Of a stretch of 60,650 bases of DNA, positions 26,449 to 35,662 are shown piece by piece. Positions within the stretch are counted from its first letter, which is position 1. Each line of letters starts with the position of its first letter. Position numbers and translations under genes: made by a program. The DNA is from an uncultured bacterium. Its GTDB lineage: Bacteria; Patescibacteriota; Microgenomatia; UBA1400; CG1-02-47-37. The notes under the pieces were generated by a model that worked only from the letters and a program-made list of their open reading frames with translations, did not search any database and was not told the DNA's origin. The DNA lies in NCBI GenBank assembly GCA_963980215.1, contig CAXBYZ010000003.1, forward strand, positions 1 to 60,650. Reading direction: 5' to 3'.

Positions 26449-27689
26449 GTGGTCCCACCAGAATCAACAGCCGCTTTGGAAACCGCCCTGGAAACAATAT
26501 CTTTCAAACGTTTATCAAACGGCTTAGGCAGGATATACTCCGGTCCAAACTTTAACTTGGTTTTGTAGATTTTTTCAACCTCTGGTGTTGCCGGTTCGTG
26601 AGCCAGTTTAGCAATCGCCTTTACCGCCGCTAACTTCATGTCCTCATTAATCTCTTTGGCTCCGGAATCTAAAGCCCCCCGAAAAATATAAGGAAAGCAC
26701 AAAACATTATTTACCTGGTTTGGATAATCGCTTCTACCGGTTGCCATTATCATCTCCGGCACTGCCGCTTTAGCTACTTGGTAAGCAATTTCTGGATTAG
26801 GGTTAGCCATGGCAAACAGAATTGGTTTTTTGGCCATCGACTGAACCATCTCTGGTGTTAACAGGTTCGCTTTTGACACCCCGATAAACACATCCGCCCC
26901 TTTAAGAGTTTCCTGGCAAACAGGGGATTGATCAGTTTCTTGAGCAAACTCAGCTTTATACTTATTTACTTCTCTATTAGCAGTAATCAAACCCTTACTA
27001 TCAAACATAAACAAGTTAGATTTTTTCACTCCCAAAGCAGTAATTAACTTAGCGATAGCAATTCCGGCCGCCCCAGCTCCCGTCATCACCACTTTTACTT
27101 CTTCAATTTTTTTATTCACTATCTCCAAAGCATTTAATAAACCAGCCGAAACAATTACTGCCGTTCCATGTTGATCATCGTGAAATACCGGGATTGATAG
27201 TTTTTTCTTTAATATTTCCTCAACCACAAAACACTCAGGCGCTTTAATATCTTCCAAGTTAATCCCCCCAAAACTAGGGGAAATAGCTTCAATGATATTA
27301 GCTAATTTTACAGGATTTTTCTCATCAATTTCTATATCTACAGCATCAACGCCAGCAAAGTGTTTAAACAAAACTGCCTTACCTTCCATCACTGGCTTTG
27401 AAGCCAAAGCTCCAATATCTCCCAAGCCCAAAACCGCCGAGCCATTGCTAACTACTGCCACTAAGTTATTTTTATTTGTATACTGATAGGCTTTTTTAAC
27501 ATCTTTGCTTATCTCCAAACACGGCTCAGCCACTCCCGGAGTATAAGCCAAAGATAAATCATCAACAGATCTAATTGGCTTAGTGATCTTAATCTGTAAC
27601 TTTCCAGCAGGTTTTCTTGAATGATACTCCAAGGAACTTGTTTTTAAATCGTTCATAGGGTGATATTCTATCATTTTTGCTTCTGCCAT
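26442..27689 (-). CDS. NAD(P)-dependent malic enzyme (short MaeB-type, no PTA domain)
   Basis: Motifs LEYHSRKPAGKLQI, LAYTPGVAEPC, VVSNGSAVLGLGDIG, FGGINLEDI and TGAGAAGIAIAKL. Start set at ATG 27689 (MAEAKMIEYH). Confidence 0.88.
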   Translation of the reverse strand: MAEAKMIEYHPMNDLKTSSLEYHSRKPAGKLQIKITKPIRSVDDLSLAYTPGVAEPCLEISKDVKKAYQYTNKNNLVAVVSNGSAVLGLGDIGALASKPVMEGKAVLFKHFAGVDAVDIEIDEKNPVKLANIIEAISPSFGGINLEDIKAPECFVVEEILKKKLSIPVFHDDQHGTAVIVSAGLLNALEIVNKKIEEVKVVMTGAGAAGIAIAKLITALGVKKSNLFMFDSKGLITANREVNKYKAEFAQETDQSPVCQETLKGADVFIGVSKANLLTPEMVQSMAKKPILFAMANPNPEIAYQVAKAAVPEMIMATGRSDYPNQVNNVLCFPYIFRGALDSGAKEINEDMKLAAVKAIAKLAHEPATPEVEKIYKTKLKFGPEYILPKPFDKRLKDIVSRAVSKAAVDSGGTTI

Positions 27690-27732
27690 GCATATTTTAT
27701 ACACACTCACCATCTTTCGTGAAAACTTGGGG

Positions 27733-27793
27733 TTGACGTAGTGTGAAAAGTGGTTGAAAATATATCAAAGTGGAAAAAAGTGGGGAAAAGTGG
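27733..27793 (+). promoter_or_regulatory. putative dcw promoter and MraZ operator (direct AAAGTGG repeats at 10-bp spacing)
   Basis: TTGACG (27733-27738), 17-nt spacer, GAAAAT (27756-27761). AAAGTGG occurs at 27767-27773, 27777-27783 and 27787-27793, with a fourth at 27747-27753. All lie immediately upstream of mraZ ATG 27802. Confidence 0.6.
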
Positions 27794-27801
27794 TGAAAAC
27801 T

Positions 27802-28236
27802 ATGCTAATAGGTAACTATCAAACTAAACTATCCGTCAAAGGGCGAGTAGCCTTTCCTAGTAAGTTAAAAAAGACTCTTGGAAGTAAGTTAATTATAACA
27901 GCCGGTTACGAAAAATCTTTGATGATAGTCTCGAAAAATAACTGGCAGTCCGTAGTTGGAGAGATCACTAACCGGCAACTTACCTTAGAACCAGCTCGTG
28001 CTACCGATCGTTTTTTACTAGGAAGCGCTTACGAGGTAGAGCTAGACTCTCAAGGTAGATTTATCATTCCTCCTTACTTAAAAAAATACTCGGGGCTTGA
28101 AGAAGAAGTTGTCTTCATCGGAGTAGGTAATCGAGTCGAACTCTGGAGTTTAAGTAAGTGGCAAGACTATGAACAGTATCTAGATAAAAACATCGAAAAA
28201 CTCGGCCAAAAATTATCTGAAACTCAAAATGGATAA
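27802..28236 (+). CDS. mraZ: transcriptional regulator MraZ
   Basis: MLIGNYQTKLSVKGRVAFPSKLKK and a second SpoVT/AbrB-like half (DSQGRFIIPPYLKKY). It is the first gene of the dcw cluster. The track start at 27754 (TTG) would run through the operator repeats. Confidence 0.9.
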   Translation: MLIGNYQTKLSVKGRVAFPSKLKKTLGSKLIITAGYEKSLMIVSKNNWQSVVGEITNRQLTLEPARATDRFLLGSAYEVELDSQGRFIIPPYLKKYSGLEEEVVFIGVGNRVELWSLSKWQDYEQYLDKNIEKLGQKLSETQNG

Positions 28237-29101
28237 ATACATTCACCAATCAGTTCTGCTTAAAGAAAGTATAGATCTACTAAATATTAGGCCAAAAAAG
28301 GCCTACCTTGACTGTACTCTGGGTTCCGGAGGTCACTCAGTTGAGATCTTAAAGAAAGGAGGCAAGCTATACGGACTTGATGTAGACCCTGAGGCGATTA
28401 AGCGTGCCGAAACACGAATTAATCAGACCTGCCCAGGTGCTTTTTTTAAACTAAAACTTGGTAACTTCTCCAAGCTAAAAGAGCATGCTCAGGAGTTAAA
28501 GCTAACATCACTTTCCGGAATTTTAATGGATCTTGGGCTTTCCAGTGATCAGCTGGAGTACAAAGACAAAGGCTTCTCTTTTCAAATAGATTCACCTTTA
28601 GATATGAGAGCAGATCATAGTCTCGGGGTTACCGCCGAAGATCTAGTAAATGGCTTATCAAAAAATGAACTTACTAAACTCTTTAAAAAGTACGGTCAGG
28701 AACAGTATGCTTTGGCAATTGCTAATCATATTATTTTACGACGTAAACAGTCACCAATCACTACAACCCTAGAGTTAGCTAATCTTGTCAGCAAGGTTAA
28801 AAAAAGAACAGGAGCCACTCATCCAGCCACCAAAGTCTTTCAAGCTCTAAGAATTGCTGTCAACGACGAACTCAATAGCCTTGAAACTGCTTTGCCTCAA
28901 GCTTTTGATCTACTTGAAAAAAATGGCAAATTGGTAGTTATATCCTTTCACTCTTTGGAAGACAGAATTGTAAAAACTTTTATCAAAGACCAACCTAGTT
29001 TAAAAAATCTAACAATAAAACCAATCACTCCAAGCGATCAAGAGTTAACTAAAAACCCTCGAGCAAGAAGCGCTAAATTGAGAGCTGCAACAAAAATATG
29101 A
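28229..29101 (+). CDS. rsmH: 16S rRNA (cytosine1402-N4)-methyltransferase RsmH/MraW
   Basis: Motifs HQSVLLKE, DCTLGSGGHS, DLGLSSDQL and SFHSLEDRIVK. Confidence 0.93.
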   Translation: MDKYIHQSVLLKESIDLLNIRPKKAYLDCTLGSGGHSVEILKKGGKLYGLDVDPEAIKRAETRINQTCPGAFFKLKLGNFSKLKEHAQELKLTSLSGILMDLGLSSDQLEYKDKGFSFQIDSPLDMRADHSLGVTAEDLVNGLSKNELTKLFKKYGQEQYALAIANHIILRRKQSPITTTLELANLVSKVKKRTGATHPATKVFQALRIAVNDELNSLETALPQAFDLLEKNGKLVVISFHSLEDRIVKTFIKDQPSLKNLTIKPITPSDQELTKNPRARSAKLRAATKI

Positions 29102-29424
29102 CTACTTTAGAAAAAAAATATCATGATCAAGTTAGCAAAAAATGCAAAACTTGTTTAGTTGCTTCACTTGCTTTAGTTTTTTCACTAAGTCTAGTTAAGA
29201 TGGTTTCTTCAAATAGAGCTTCAACTTGGGGTTCTGACTTAAGTAAAATTAAACTCGAAACTCAAAATTTAAAGAAAGAAAACATGGCTTTGCGATCTCA
29301 GTTGGCTCAAAAATCCGGTGGCTTACACCAGTTATTAATAGAAGCAGAAGAAAAAGGCTTTACTTCCAAACTTACCTACAAATACTTCTCTAAAGGTCAA
29401 AAAGTGGCTCAGAACTTGCCATGA
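29098..29424 (+). CDS. ftsL: FtsL-like cell-division protein
   Basis: 108 aa with a single TM helix (CLVASLALVFSLSLV) and a coiled-coil segment. It sits between rsmH and ftsI. Confidence 0.6.
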   Translation: MTTLEKKYHDQVSKKCKTCLVASLALVFSLSLVKMVSSNRASTWGSDLSKIKLETQNLKKENMALRSQLAQKSGGLHQLLIEAEEKGFTSKLTYKYFSKGQKVAQNLP

Positions 29425-31178
29425 ACCCTAAGTGGCGTTTACTTTTTTTAAACATTATCTTTTCCTTTATTGGATTTTTATTACTAGCCCGTCTTTTCTA
29501 CTGGCAAGTTCTAGCTTCAGATAAGTTAGTGAACTTAGCCTCCCTCCAACAACACACTACCATCGAAGTATCAGCCAAAAGAGGAGAAATTCTTGCCTCA
29601 GATGGTAGTTTTCTGGTTGCCAATCAACCAGCTTACTTTGCTTACTTAAAAAGAGATCAAGATAAAGCCTTGCCTACTAAATTATCAGAATCTATAGCCC
29701 CCATCATTTATTCATCAGTTACCAACTCTGCTACTCCATCTTCACGCTTAACTTCAAAAGACAAAGACATATTAATAAAAAAAGCTGAAGATATTATCAA
29801 AGACAGATTGTTAAATGAAAAAATTCAATGGATTCCTTTAGCCAGGAAAATAACCGATGAACAAAAAAACAGTCTTGAGTCTCTAAACTTTCCAGAAATC
29901 TCTTTTGAAGAAGAACAATCTAGGCTATATCCGGAAAGCTCAATGTCAGCTCACTTGCTTGGATTTGTTGGATCCAATGAACAGGGAGGTGATCAGGGTT
30001 TTTATGGTCTAGAAGGTTACTATCAGCGTGAGTTGGCCGGTCGACCCGGTATTATTAAACAGGAAAAAGATGCTTTTAATCAACCAATTCTAATGGGAGA
30101 GTACTTAACTCAAAACAAAAAAGACGGTCGCCAACTCCAACTTTATTTAAATAAAAGTATTCAATTTATGATAGAAACTAAATTGGCAAAAGCTATTCAA
30201 CAATTTGGAGCCAAGTCTGGTTCTATTTCAGTCATGGACCCATATACTGGAGCAATCATTGCCATGGCCTCTCTTCCCTCATACGATCCCCAAGAATTTT
30301 CAAGATTTGAACCAAATCTTTTCTTGAATCCCATTGTTTCAGACGCTTTTGAGCCAGGTTCAATCTTTAAGGTTTTGGTTATGGCTGCAGGTTTAGATGC
30401 CGGTGTCATCAAAAAAGACACCAGGTGTGATATTTGTGACGGCCCATTAAAAATAGATAAATACACCATCAATACCTGGGATAATAAATATCGAGCTGAC
30501 TCAAACATGACAGATGTCTTAGTTCACTCAGACAATGTTGGGATGGTTTTTATTGGACAAAAAATTGGGCTTAATAAGTTCTACGACTACTTTGATAAAT
30601 TTGGCTTTACCGAAAAAACTGGAATTGATCTTCAGGATGAAGTCGTTCCAGTTCCTAGAGAAAAGAAAAAATGGAGTTATGTCGATCTTGCTACTGCTAG
30701 TTTTGGCCAAGGATTTGTAGCTACCAACATGCAGCTACTTCAGTCAGTTTCTGTTATTGCCAATGGAGGTAACTTAGTAGAACCCCGTATCGTTAGTAAA
30801 ATAATCAGTCCCATTAAAGAAACTACCATCCCTGTAAAAATAAAACATCGAGTTATTTCAGAAGAAACAGCCAAGATAGTTACAGATATGATGGTTGCTT
30901 CAGCTAAAGAAGGTGAGGCCAAATGGACCAGCGTTCAAGGCTACAACATTGCTGGAAAAACTGGTACAGCTCAAGTAGCTTACGAGGGTAAGTACGAGGA
31001 AGAGAAAACAAACGCTTCATTTATTGGTTTTGCCCCGGCAAAAAATCCCAAATTTACCATGCTAGTTACTCTGAAAGAACCATCCACTTCTCAATGGGCT
31101 TCAGAAACAGCTGCCCCCCTTTGGTTCTCAATTGCTCAAGATCTACTTAATCACTTTAATGTTGTTCCAGAAAAATAA
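29421..31178 (+). CDS. ftsI: penicillin-binding protein (class B transpeptidase, FtsI/PBP2-like)
   Basis: N-terminal TM helix plus SxxK (GSIFK), SxN (HSDN) and KTG (GKTGTA) motifs. Confidence 0.9.
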   Translation: MNPKWRLLFLNIIFSFIGFLLLARLFYWQVLASDKLVNLASLQQHTTIEVSAKRGEILASDGSFLVANQPAYFAYLKRDQDKALPTKLSESIAPIIYSSVTNSATPSSRLTSKDKDILIKKAEDIIKDRLLNEKIQWIPLARKITDEQKNSLESLNFPEISFEEEQSRLYPESSMSAHLLGFVGSNEQGGDQGFYGLEGYYQRELAGRPGIIKQEKDAFNQPILMGEYLTQNKKDGRQLQLYLNKSIQFMIETKLAKAIQQFGAKSGSISVMDPYTGAIIAMASLPSYDPQEFSRFEPNLFLNPIVSDAFEPGSIFKVLVMAAGLDAGVIKKDTRCDICDGPLKIDKYTINTWDNKYRADSNMTDVLVHSDNVGMVFIGQKIGLNKFYDYFDKFGFTEKTGIDLQDEVVPVPREKKKWSYVDLATASFGQGFVATNMQLLQSVSVIANGGNLVEPRIVSKIISPIKETTIPVKIKHRVISEETAKIVTDMMVASAKEGEAKWTSVQGYNIAGKTGTAQVAYEGKYEEEKTNASFIGFAPAKNPKFTMLVTLKEPSTSQWASETAAPLWFSIAQDLLNHFNVVPEK

Positions 31179-31192
31179 TAATAAATTTAGGG

Positions 31193-31198
31193 TAAAAT
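31193..31198 (+). promoter_or_regulatory. -10-like hexamer (TAAAAT) 7 nt upstream of the murE ATG
   Basis: It lies in the 27-nt ftsI-murE gap. There is no SD. Confidence 0.3.
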
Positions 31199-31205
31199 AT
31201 AGCTT

Positions 31206-32393
31206 ATGTTGTCAAAGGCTAGAAAACTGATACCAAATCCCCTCGTCAACACTTTTTGGCATCTACCAAAAGCTATTTTAGCAAACCTCTTTTACGGCTT
31301 CCCTTCAAGAAAATTGACCATCATAGGTATCACCGGGACTTCTGGTAAAACTACTACCGCTCTACTCACTTACCATGTACTAAAAAAAGCCGGATTCAGG
31401 GTTGCTCTCATATCAACAATTTCTGCCAAGATAGGGGATCAAGAAATAGATATTGGCCTTCATGTTACCAACCCAGATCCTTTTCCTCTCCAAAAACTTT
31501 TAAAAGATATTTACAAACAAGGCTTTACTCACCTAGTTCTTGAAACTACCTCTCACGGTCTTGATCAGCATCGAGTTTGGGGAGTTAACTTTACTTACGG
31601 AATTCTAACCAACATCGCTCACGAACATCTTGATTACCACAAAACTCTAGAAAACTACCAAAAGGCCAAGTTAAAGTTAATCAAAAAATCTAAAATCGCT
31701 GTCATCAATAAATCAGATAAATCATATCAGTTAGCCACAAAAGCTAGCTCAAAAAAAATCATTGAGTTTGATCACCTTAGCCACTTTACTTCTAAAAACT
31801 TAATTGGCTCTTTTAATCAAGCTAATATTTCTGCTACAACAGTAGTTGCTAAAGATTTAAAAATTCCTATCAACACTATTAAAAAAGCTATCTCATCTTT
31901 CCCAGGTATCCCTGGCAGAATGGAAGTTATCCAATCTAAACCATTTACCATTATTATCGACTTTGCTCACAAACCAGACGCTCTAGAAGCTGCATTAAAA
32001 TCACTAAGAAAAATGACTAAAAATAAAGTTATTTCTGTCTTTGGTTGCGCTGGTCTAAGAGACACCTTAAAAAGACCAATCATGGGTGGCATCGCTTCCA
32101 AGTTATCTGACATCACTATCATTACTGCCGAAGATCCAAGAATCGAGAAAGTTACAGATATAAATGATGCTATTGAATCAGGCTTTATCAAGAAAAAAAC
32201 CAATAAACTATACAGAGAACCAGATAGACAAAAAGCCATTAACTTAGCCATCAATCTAGCCAAACCAGGGGACATAGTCGCTCTCTTTGGAAAATCCCAC
32301 GAAAAATCTATGTGTTTTGGTACAATAGAACATCCTTGGTCAGAGCACCAAGCCGTCAATAAAGCTTTAAAATCACGACAAAATAAATCATGA
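31206..32393 (+). CDS. murE: MurE-type Mur ligase (UDP-MurNAc-L-Ala-D-Glu:diamino-acid ligase) lacking the N-terminal domain
   Basis: P-loop GITGTSGKTTT is at about residue 43. Also HEHLDYH, VFGCAGLRDTLKRPIMG, TAEDPR and GKSHE. Stop codons lie immediately upstream, so the short N-terminus is real in this sequence. Confidence 0.75.
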   Translation: MLSKARKLIPNPLVNTFWHLPKAILANLFYGFPSRKLTIIGITGTSGKTTTALLTYHVLKKAGFRVALISTISAKIGDQEIDIGLHVTNPDPFPLQKLLKDIYKQGFTHLVLETTSHGLDQHRVWGVNFTYGILTNIAHEHLDYHKTLENYQKAKLKLIKKSKIAVINKSDKSYQLATKASSKKIIEFDHLSHFTSKNLIGSFNQANISATTVVAKDLKIPINTIKKAISSFPGIPGRMEVIQSKPFTIIIDFAHKPDALEAALKSLRKMTKNKVISVFGCAGLRDTLKRPIMGGIASKLSDITIITAEDPRIEKVTDINDAIESGFIKKKTNKLYREPDRQKAINLAINLAKPGDIVALFGKSHEKSMCFGTIEHPWSEHQAVNKALKSRQNKS

Positions 32394-33127
32394 AAGACAT
32401 CACCGCCATCATCTTGGCCGCAGGCAAGGGAACCAGATTAAACAGTAGTGATAAAAACAAGGTTGTTAGAGAAATAAACAACAAACCCATGATCTGCTAC
32501 ACCACAGATCTTTTAAAAAATCTTGGAGTCACAGAAACTGTAGTTGTAGTTGGCTTTAGAAAATCATCAGTTATTAGTGTTCTTGGTGATAACTACACTT
32601 ACGCAGTTCAAGAAGAAGCCTTAGGTACTGGCCATGCACTCAAGGTTGCCTTTCCAAAAGTATCTAAAAAAACTAAAATAATTTTAGTTTTAAACGGTGA
32701 TGACTCTGCTTTCTATAAAACCAAAGACATCAAAGATTTAATTAACACTCACCGTAAAACCAAATCAGACATGACTCTAATAACAGTTGTTAAACCCAAA
32801 CCCAATCACTTTGGTAAAGTTGTTCGAGATAAAAATAATCAAATCCAAGCTATTGTTGAGTTTAAAAACGCCAGCGATCAACAGAAAGAGATAAAAGAAA
32901 TCAACACCGCTACTTATTGTTTTAGCTATCAATTTTTAGATAAATATCTAAAAAAAATCAAAAAAAATACTATTTCCCACGAATATTACTTAACAGATTT
33001 GCTTGAAATCGCTATCAAAAACAAAAAGAAAGTTTCAGCCGTCAAATTAAAATCTAATAGATTTCAGGGTATTAACACTTTAGGTGAGCTGAAAGTTGCT
33101 AACATTAAAATGAAAGGACTGATATGA
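32390..33127 (+). CDS. sugar-1-phosphate nucleotidyltransferase (GlmU N-terminal-domain-like, no LbH domain)
   Basis: Motifs AIILAAGKGTRLNS, LGTGHAL and LNGDDS. 245 aa. Confidence 0.7.
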   Translation: MKDITAIILAAGKGTRLNSSDKNKVVREINNKPMICYTTDLLKNLGVTETVVVVGFRKSSVISVLGDNYTYAVQEEALGTGHALKVAFPKVSKKTKIILVLNGDDSAFYKTKDIKDLINTHRKTKSDMTLITVVKPKPNHFGKVVRDKNNQIQAIVEFKNASDQQKEIKEINTATYCFSYQFLDKYLKKIKKNTISHEYYLTDLLEIAIKNKKKVSAVKLKSNRFQGINTLGELKVANIKMKGLI

Positions 33128-34263
33128 AAAGCATCACCGCAGTTATCCTAGCCGCTGGCGAAGGTAAAAGAATTAAACCCCTAATCACCCCCAAAGGTCT
33201 ATTCTCTTTCTTGGGTAAGCCAATGGTTTCTTGGCACATAGAAGACTTGACTCAAGCAGGCATAGAAAATATTGTCATTGTAGTTAATCCTAAAGCTAAA
33301 AAAGATTTTGAGGAAAAACTTCCATCAGGAATTAAAATAGTAACTCAAAAAGATCCAAAAGGCATGGCCGATGCTCTGCTGTCTGCTACACCTAGCATTG
33401 AAACTGATTCGGTCATCATCATCAATGGTGCTGACTTACTATCTACATCAGCTCTTACTGAATTTACAAATCACGTCAAGACTAACGACCCAGATATTCT
33501 AATCTCTGGCCTAAAACTAGACCACTATCTACCTGGTGGTTACTTTAAATTAGAAGATGGTAAACCAGTAGCTATTATTGAAAAACCAGGTGAAGGTAAA
33601 GAGCCCAGTCCCTACTTTAATATTGTCCTACATTACCTAAAAAATGTTAATGACTTTGTCAAAACTCTAAAAACTACTAAATCAGAAGATGACGATGTTT
33701 ACGAAAAATCTTTATCCAAGCTAATGGCTGGTGGAAAAGTAGACATGTTTAGCTACTCAGACTACTTTTCTCAAATAAAGTATCCTCACCAAATTCTAGA
33801 CATGGTAGATCTATTCTTAACTAGCAGGCTAAACAATCAATCTACCATCCACCCTACCGCCAAAATCATGGAGGGGGCAGTGATTAAAAACTCCTACATC
33901 GGCAAGAATGTAGTTATTGGCAATAACTGTTTGATCAGAGACTCTATCATCGAAGCAGATAGTGTAGTCGGCTACAACACCGAGATTGCCAGAAGCTACG
34001 TTGGCCCAAAATCATACTTTCACTGCAACTACGTTGGAGACTCCATTATCGAAGGCTCTACCAACATGGGTTCGGGTTCAAGATTAGCCAACTTAAGATT
34101 TGATGAGAAAGAAATAGGCGGCACTGGTAAAAAGAAATTTGGAGCCGTTTTAGCCCTTGGTGCTAAAACCGGTATTAATGCTTCACTCATGCCAGGAGCA
34201 ATAGTGGTAGCCAATGGAATTGTTGGTTCTGGAGAAGTTTACTATGGACCTAAAAAAAATTAA
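33124..34263 (+). CDS. bifunctional-type nucleotidyltransferase plus left-handed beta-helix acyltransferase domain (GlmU/archaeal-type-like)
   Basis: N-terminus AVILAAGEGKRIKP. C-terminal hexapeptide repeats (IGKNVVIGNNCLIRDSIIEADSVVGYNTEIARSYVG...). Confidence 0.7.
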   Translation: MKSITAVILAAGEGKRIKPLITPKGLFSFLGKPMVSWHIEDLTQAGIENIVIVVNPKAKKDFEEKLPSGIKIVTQKDPKGMADALLSATPSIETDSVIIINGADLLSTSALTEFTNHVKTNDPDILISGLKLDHYLPGGYFKLEDGKPVAIIEKPGEGKEPSPYFNIVLHYLKNVNDFVKTLKTTKSEDDDVYEKSLSKLMAGGKVDMFSYSDYFSQIKYPHQILDMVDLFLTSRLNNQSTIHPTAKIMEGAVIKNSYIGKNVVIGNNCLIRDSIIEADSVVGYNTEIARSYVGPKSYFHCNYVGDSIIEGSTNMGSGSRLANLRFDEKEIGGTGKKKFGAVLALGAKTGINASLMPGAIVVANGIVGSGEVYYGPKKN

Positions 34264-35662
34264 CTCGATTCACTTTACTGGCATCAAGGGTGTTGGTATG
34301 ACCGCCTTGGCTTTATGCGCCCAAGATTTGGGTAAAAAAGTTAGCGGTAGTGACACTGATGAAATTTTTCCTACAGACAAAGTTTTAAAACAAAGAAAAC
34401 TTAAACCAAAAGTTGGATTTAAAGAAAGTAATCTACCCAAAAAACTTGATTTTCTCATTCACACCGGAGCTCACGGTGGCTCAACTAACTTGGAAGTTAT
34501 CACCGCCCAGAAAAGAGGTATCCCCACCCTCAATTTAGCTCAAGGTTTAAAACTATTTACCAAAGACAAACAAGTTATAGCTGTTGCCGGAGTTGGAGGT
34601 AAATCCACCACTTCATCTATGCTCGCAGTTTTGCTAGACTCAGCTGGATTACTCCCTAGTTTTTCTGTTGGAGTTGGTAGTATTAAAAACTTGGATGCCC
34701 CCGGCAGATTTAGTAAAAAATCAAAATTTTTTGTAGTCGAAGCCGACGAGTATGTAGCTGATCCCACAGCAGATAAAACCCCTCGCTTTCACTACCTAGA
34801 CCCTTCAATCGCTATCCTCACTAATATTGAACACGATCACCCAGACGTCTATCCAACTATAGAAGATATCTTTGCTGCCTACAAAATTTTTATTAGTAAT
34901 GTTCCTCACAATGGAGCTATTATTGCCAATATAGATAATCAAGGTATTAAAAAATTTATCAAAACAATAGATAAGCCTGTCACCACTTACGGCTTCTCAC
35001 CTCAAAGCGATTGGCAAATTACCAAAACTCACCACGCTGATCAAAAACAATTTTTTAACTTAAAAACTAAAGGAATCGAGTGGCCACAAATGGTCTTAAA
35101 TGTTCCGGGAGCTTACAATGTCTTAAACGCCACCGCAGCTGTCATTGCTGCTCATCAGCTGGGAGTTAAGCCGGACAAGATCAAAGCCGGCTTAAAAAAA
35201 TTCCAAGGTTCCAGTCGTCGTTTTGAATTTAAGGGAGAAGTCAAAGGCATTCTTCTTTACGATGACTATGCTCACCACCCCATCGAGATTGCTAGCTTAC
35301 TTAAAGCAGCCAAAAACTGGTTGCCAGACAGAAGAATAATTGCTGTCTTTCAATCTCACACCTTTAGTCGTACTAAAACTTTGCTTCAAGAATTTTCAAA
35401 AAGCTTTAAGCATGCTGACACTGTTTTAATCAATGACATCTTCTCTTCAGCTAGGGAAACAGACAACTTAGGTTTAACTGGACAAATCTTTGCAGATTCA
35501 GTCAAAAAACATCACCCAAAAGTTAAGTACTGTAGTGGCAAAAGCCAAACAATTAAGCACTTGGTTGACCATAGTTTAAAAGGTGATGCTATATTTACCA
35601 TTGGTGCTGGCAACAACTTTCTTTGGCACCAAGATATTATCAAGGCTCTAAAAAAAAGATGA
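34244..35662 (+). CDS. murC: UDP-N-acetylmuramate--L-alanine ligase
   Basis: IHFTGIKGVGMTALA, P-loop AGVGGKSTT, and NIEHDHPD. Start set at ATG 34244. Confidence 0.9.
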   Translation: MDLKKINSIHFTGIKGVGMTALALCAQDLGKKVSGSDTDEIFPTDKVLKQRKLKPKVGFKESNLPKKLDFLIHTGAHGGSTNLEVITAQKRGIPTLNLAQGLKLFTKDKQVIAVAGVGGKSTTSSMLAVLLDSAGLLPSFSVGVGSIKNLDAPGRFSKKSKFFVVEADEYVADPTADKTPRFHYLDPSIAILTNIEHDHPDVYPTIEDIFAAYKIFISNVPHNGAIIANIDNQGIKKFIKTIDKPVTTYGFSPQSDWQITKTHHADQKQFFNLKTKGIEWPQMVLNVPGAYNVLNATAAVIAAHQLGVKPDKIKAGLKKFQGSSRRFEFKGEVKGILLYDDYAHHPIEIASLLKAAKNWLPDRRIIAVFQSHTFSRTKTLLQEFSKSFKHADTVLINDIFSSARETDNLGLTGQIFADSVKKHHPKVKYCSGKSQTIKHLVDHSLKGDAIFTIGAGNNFLWHQDIIKALKKR

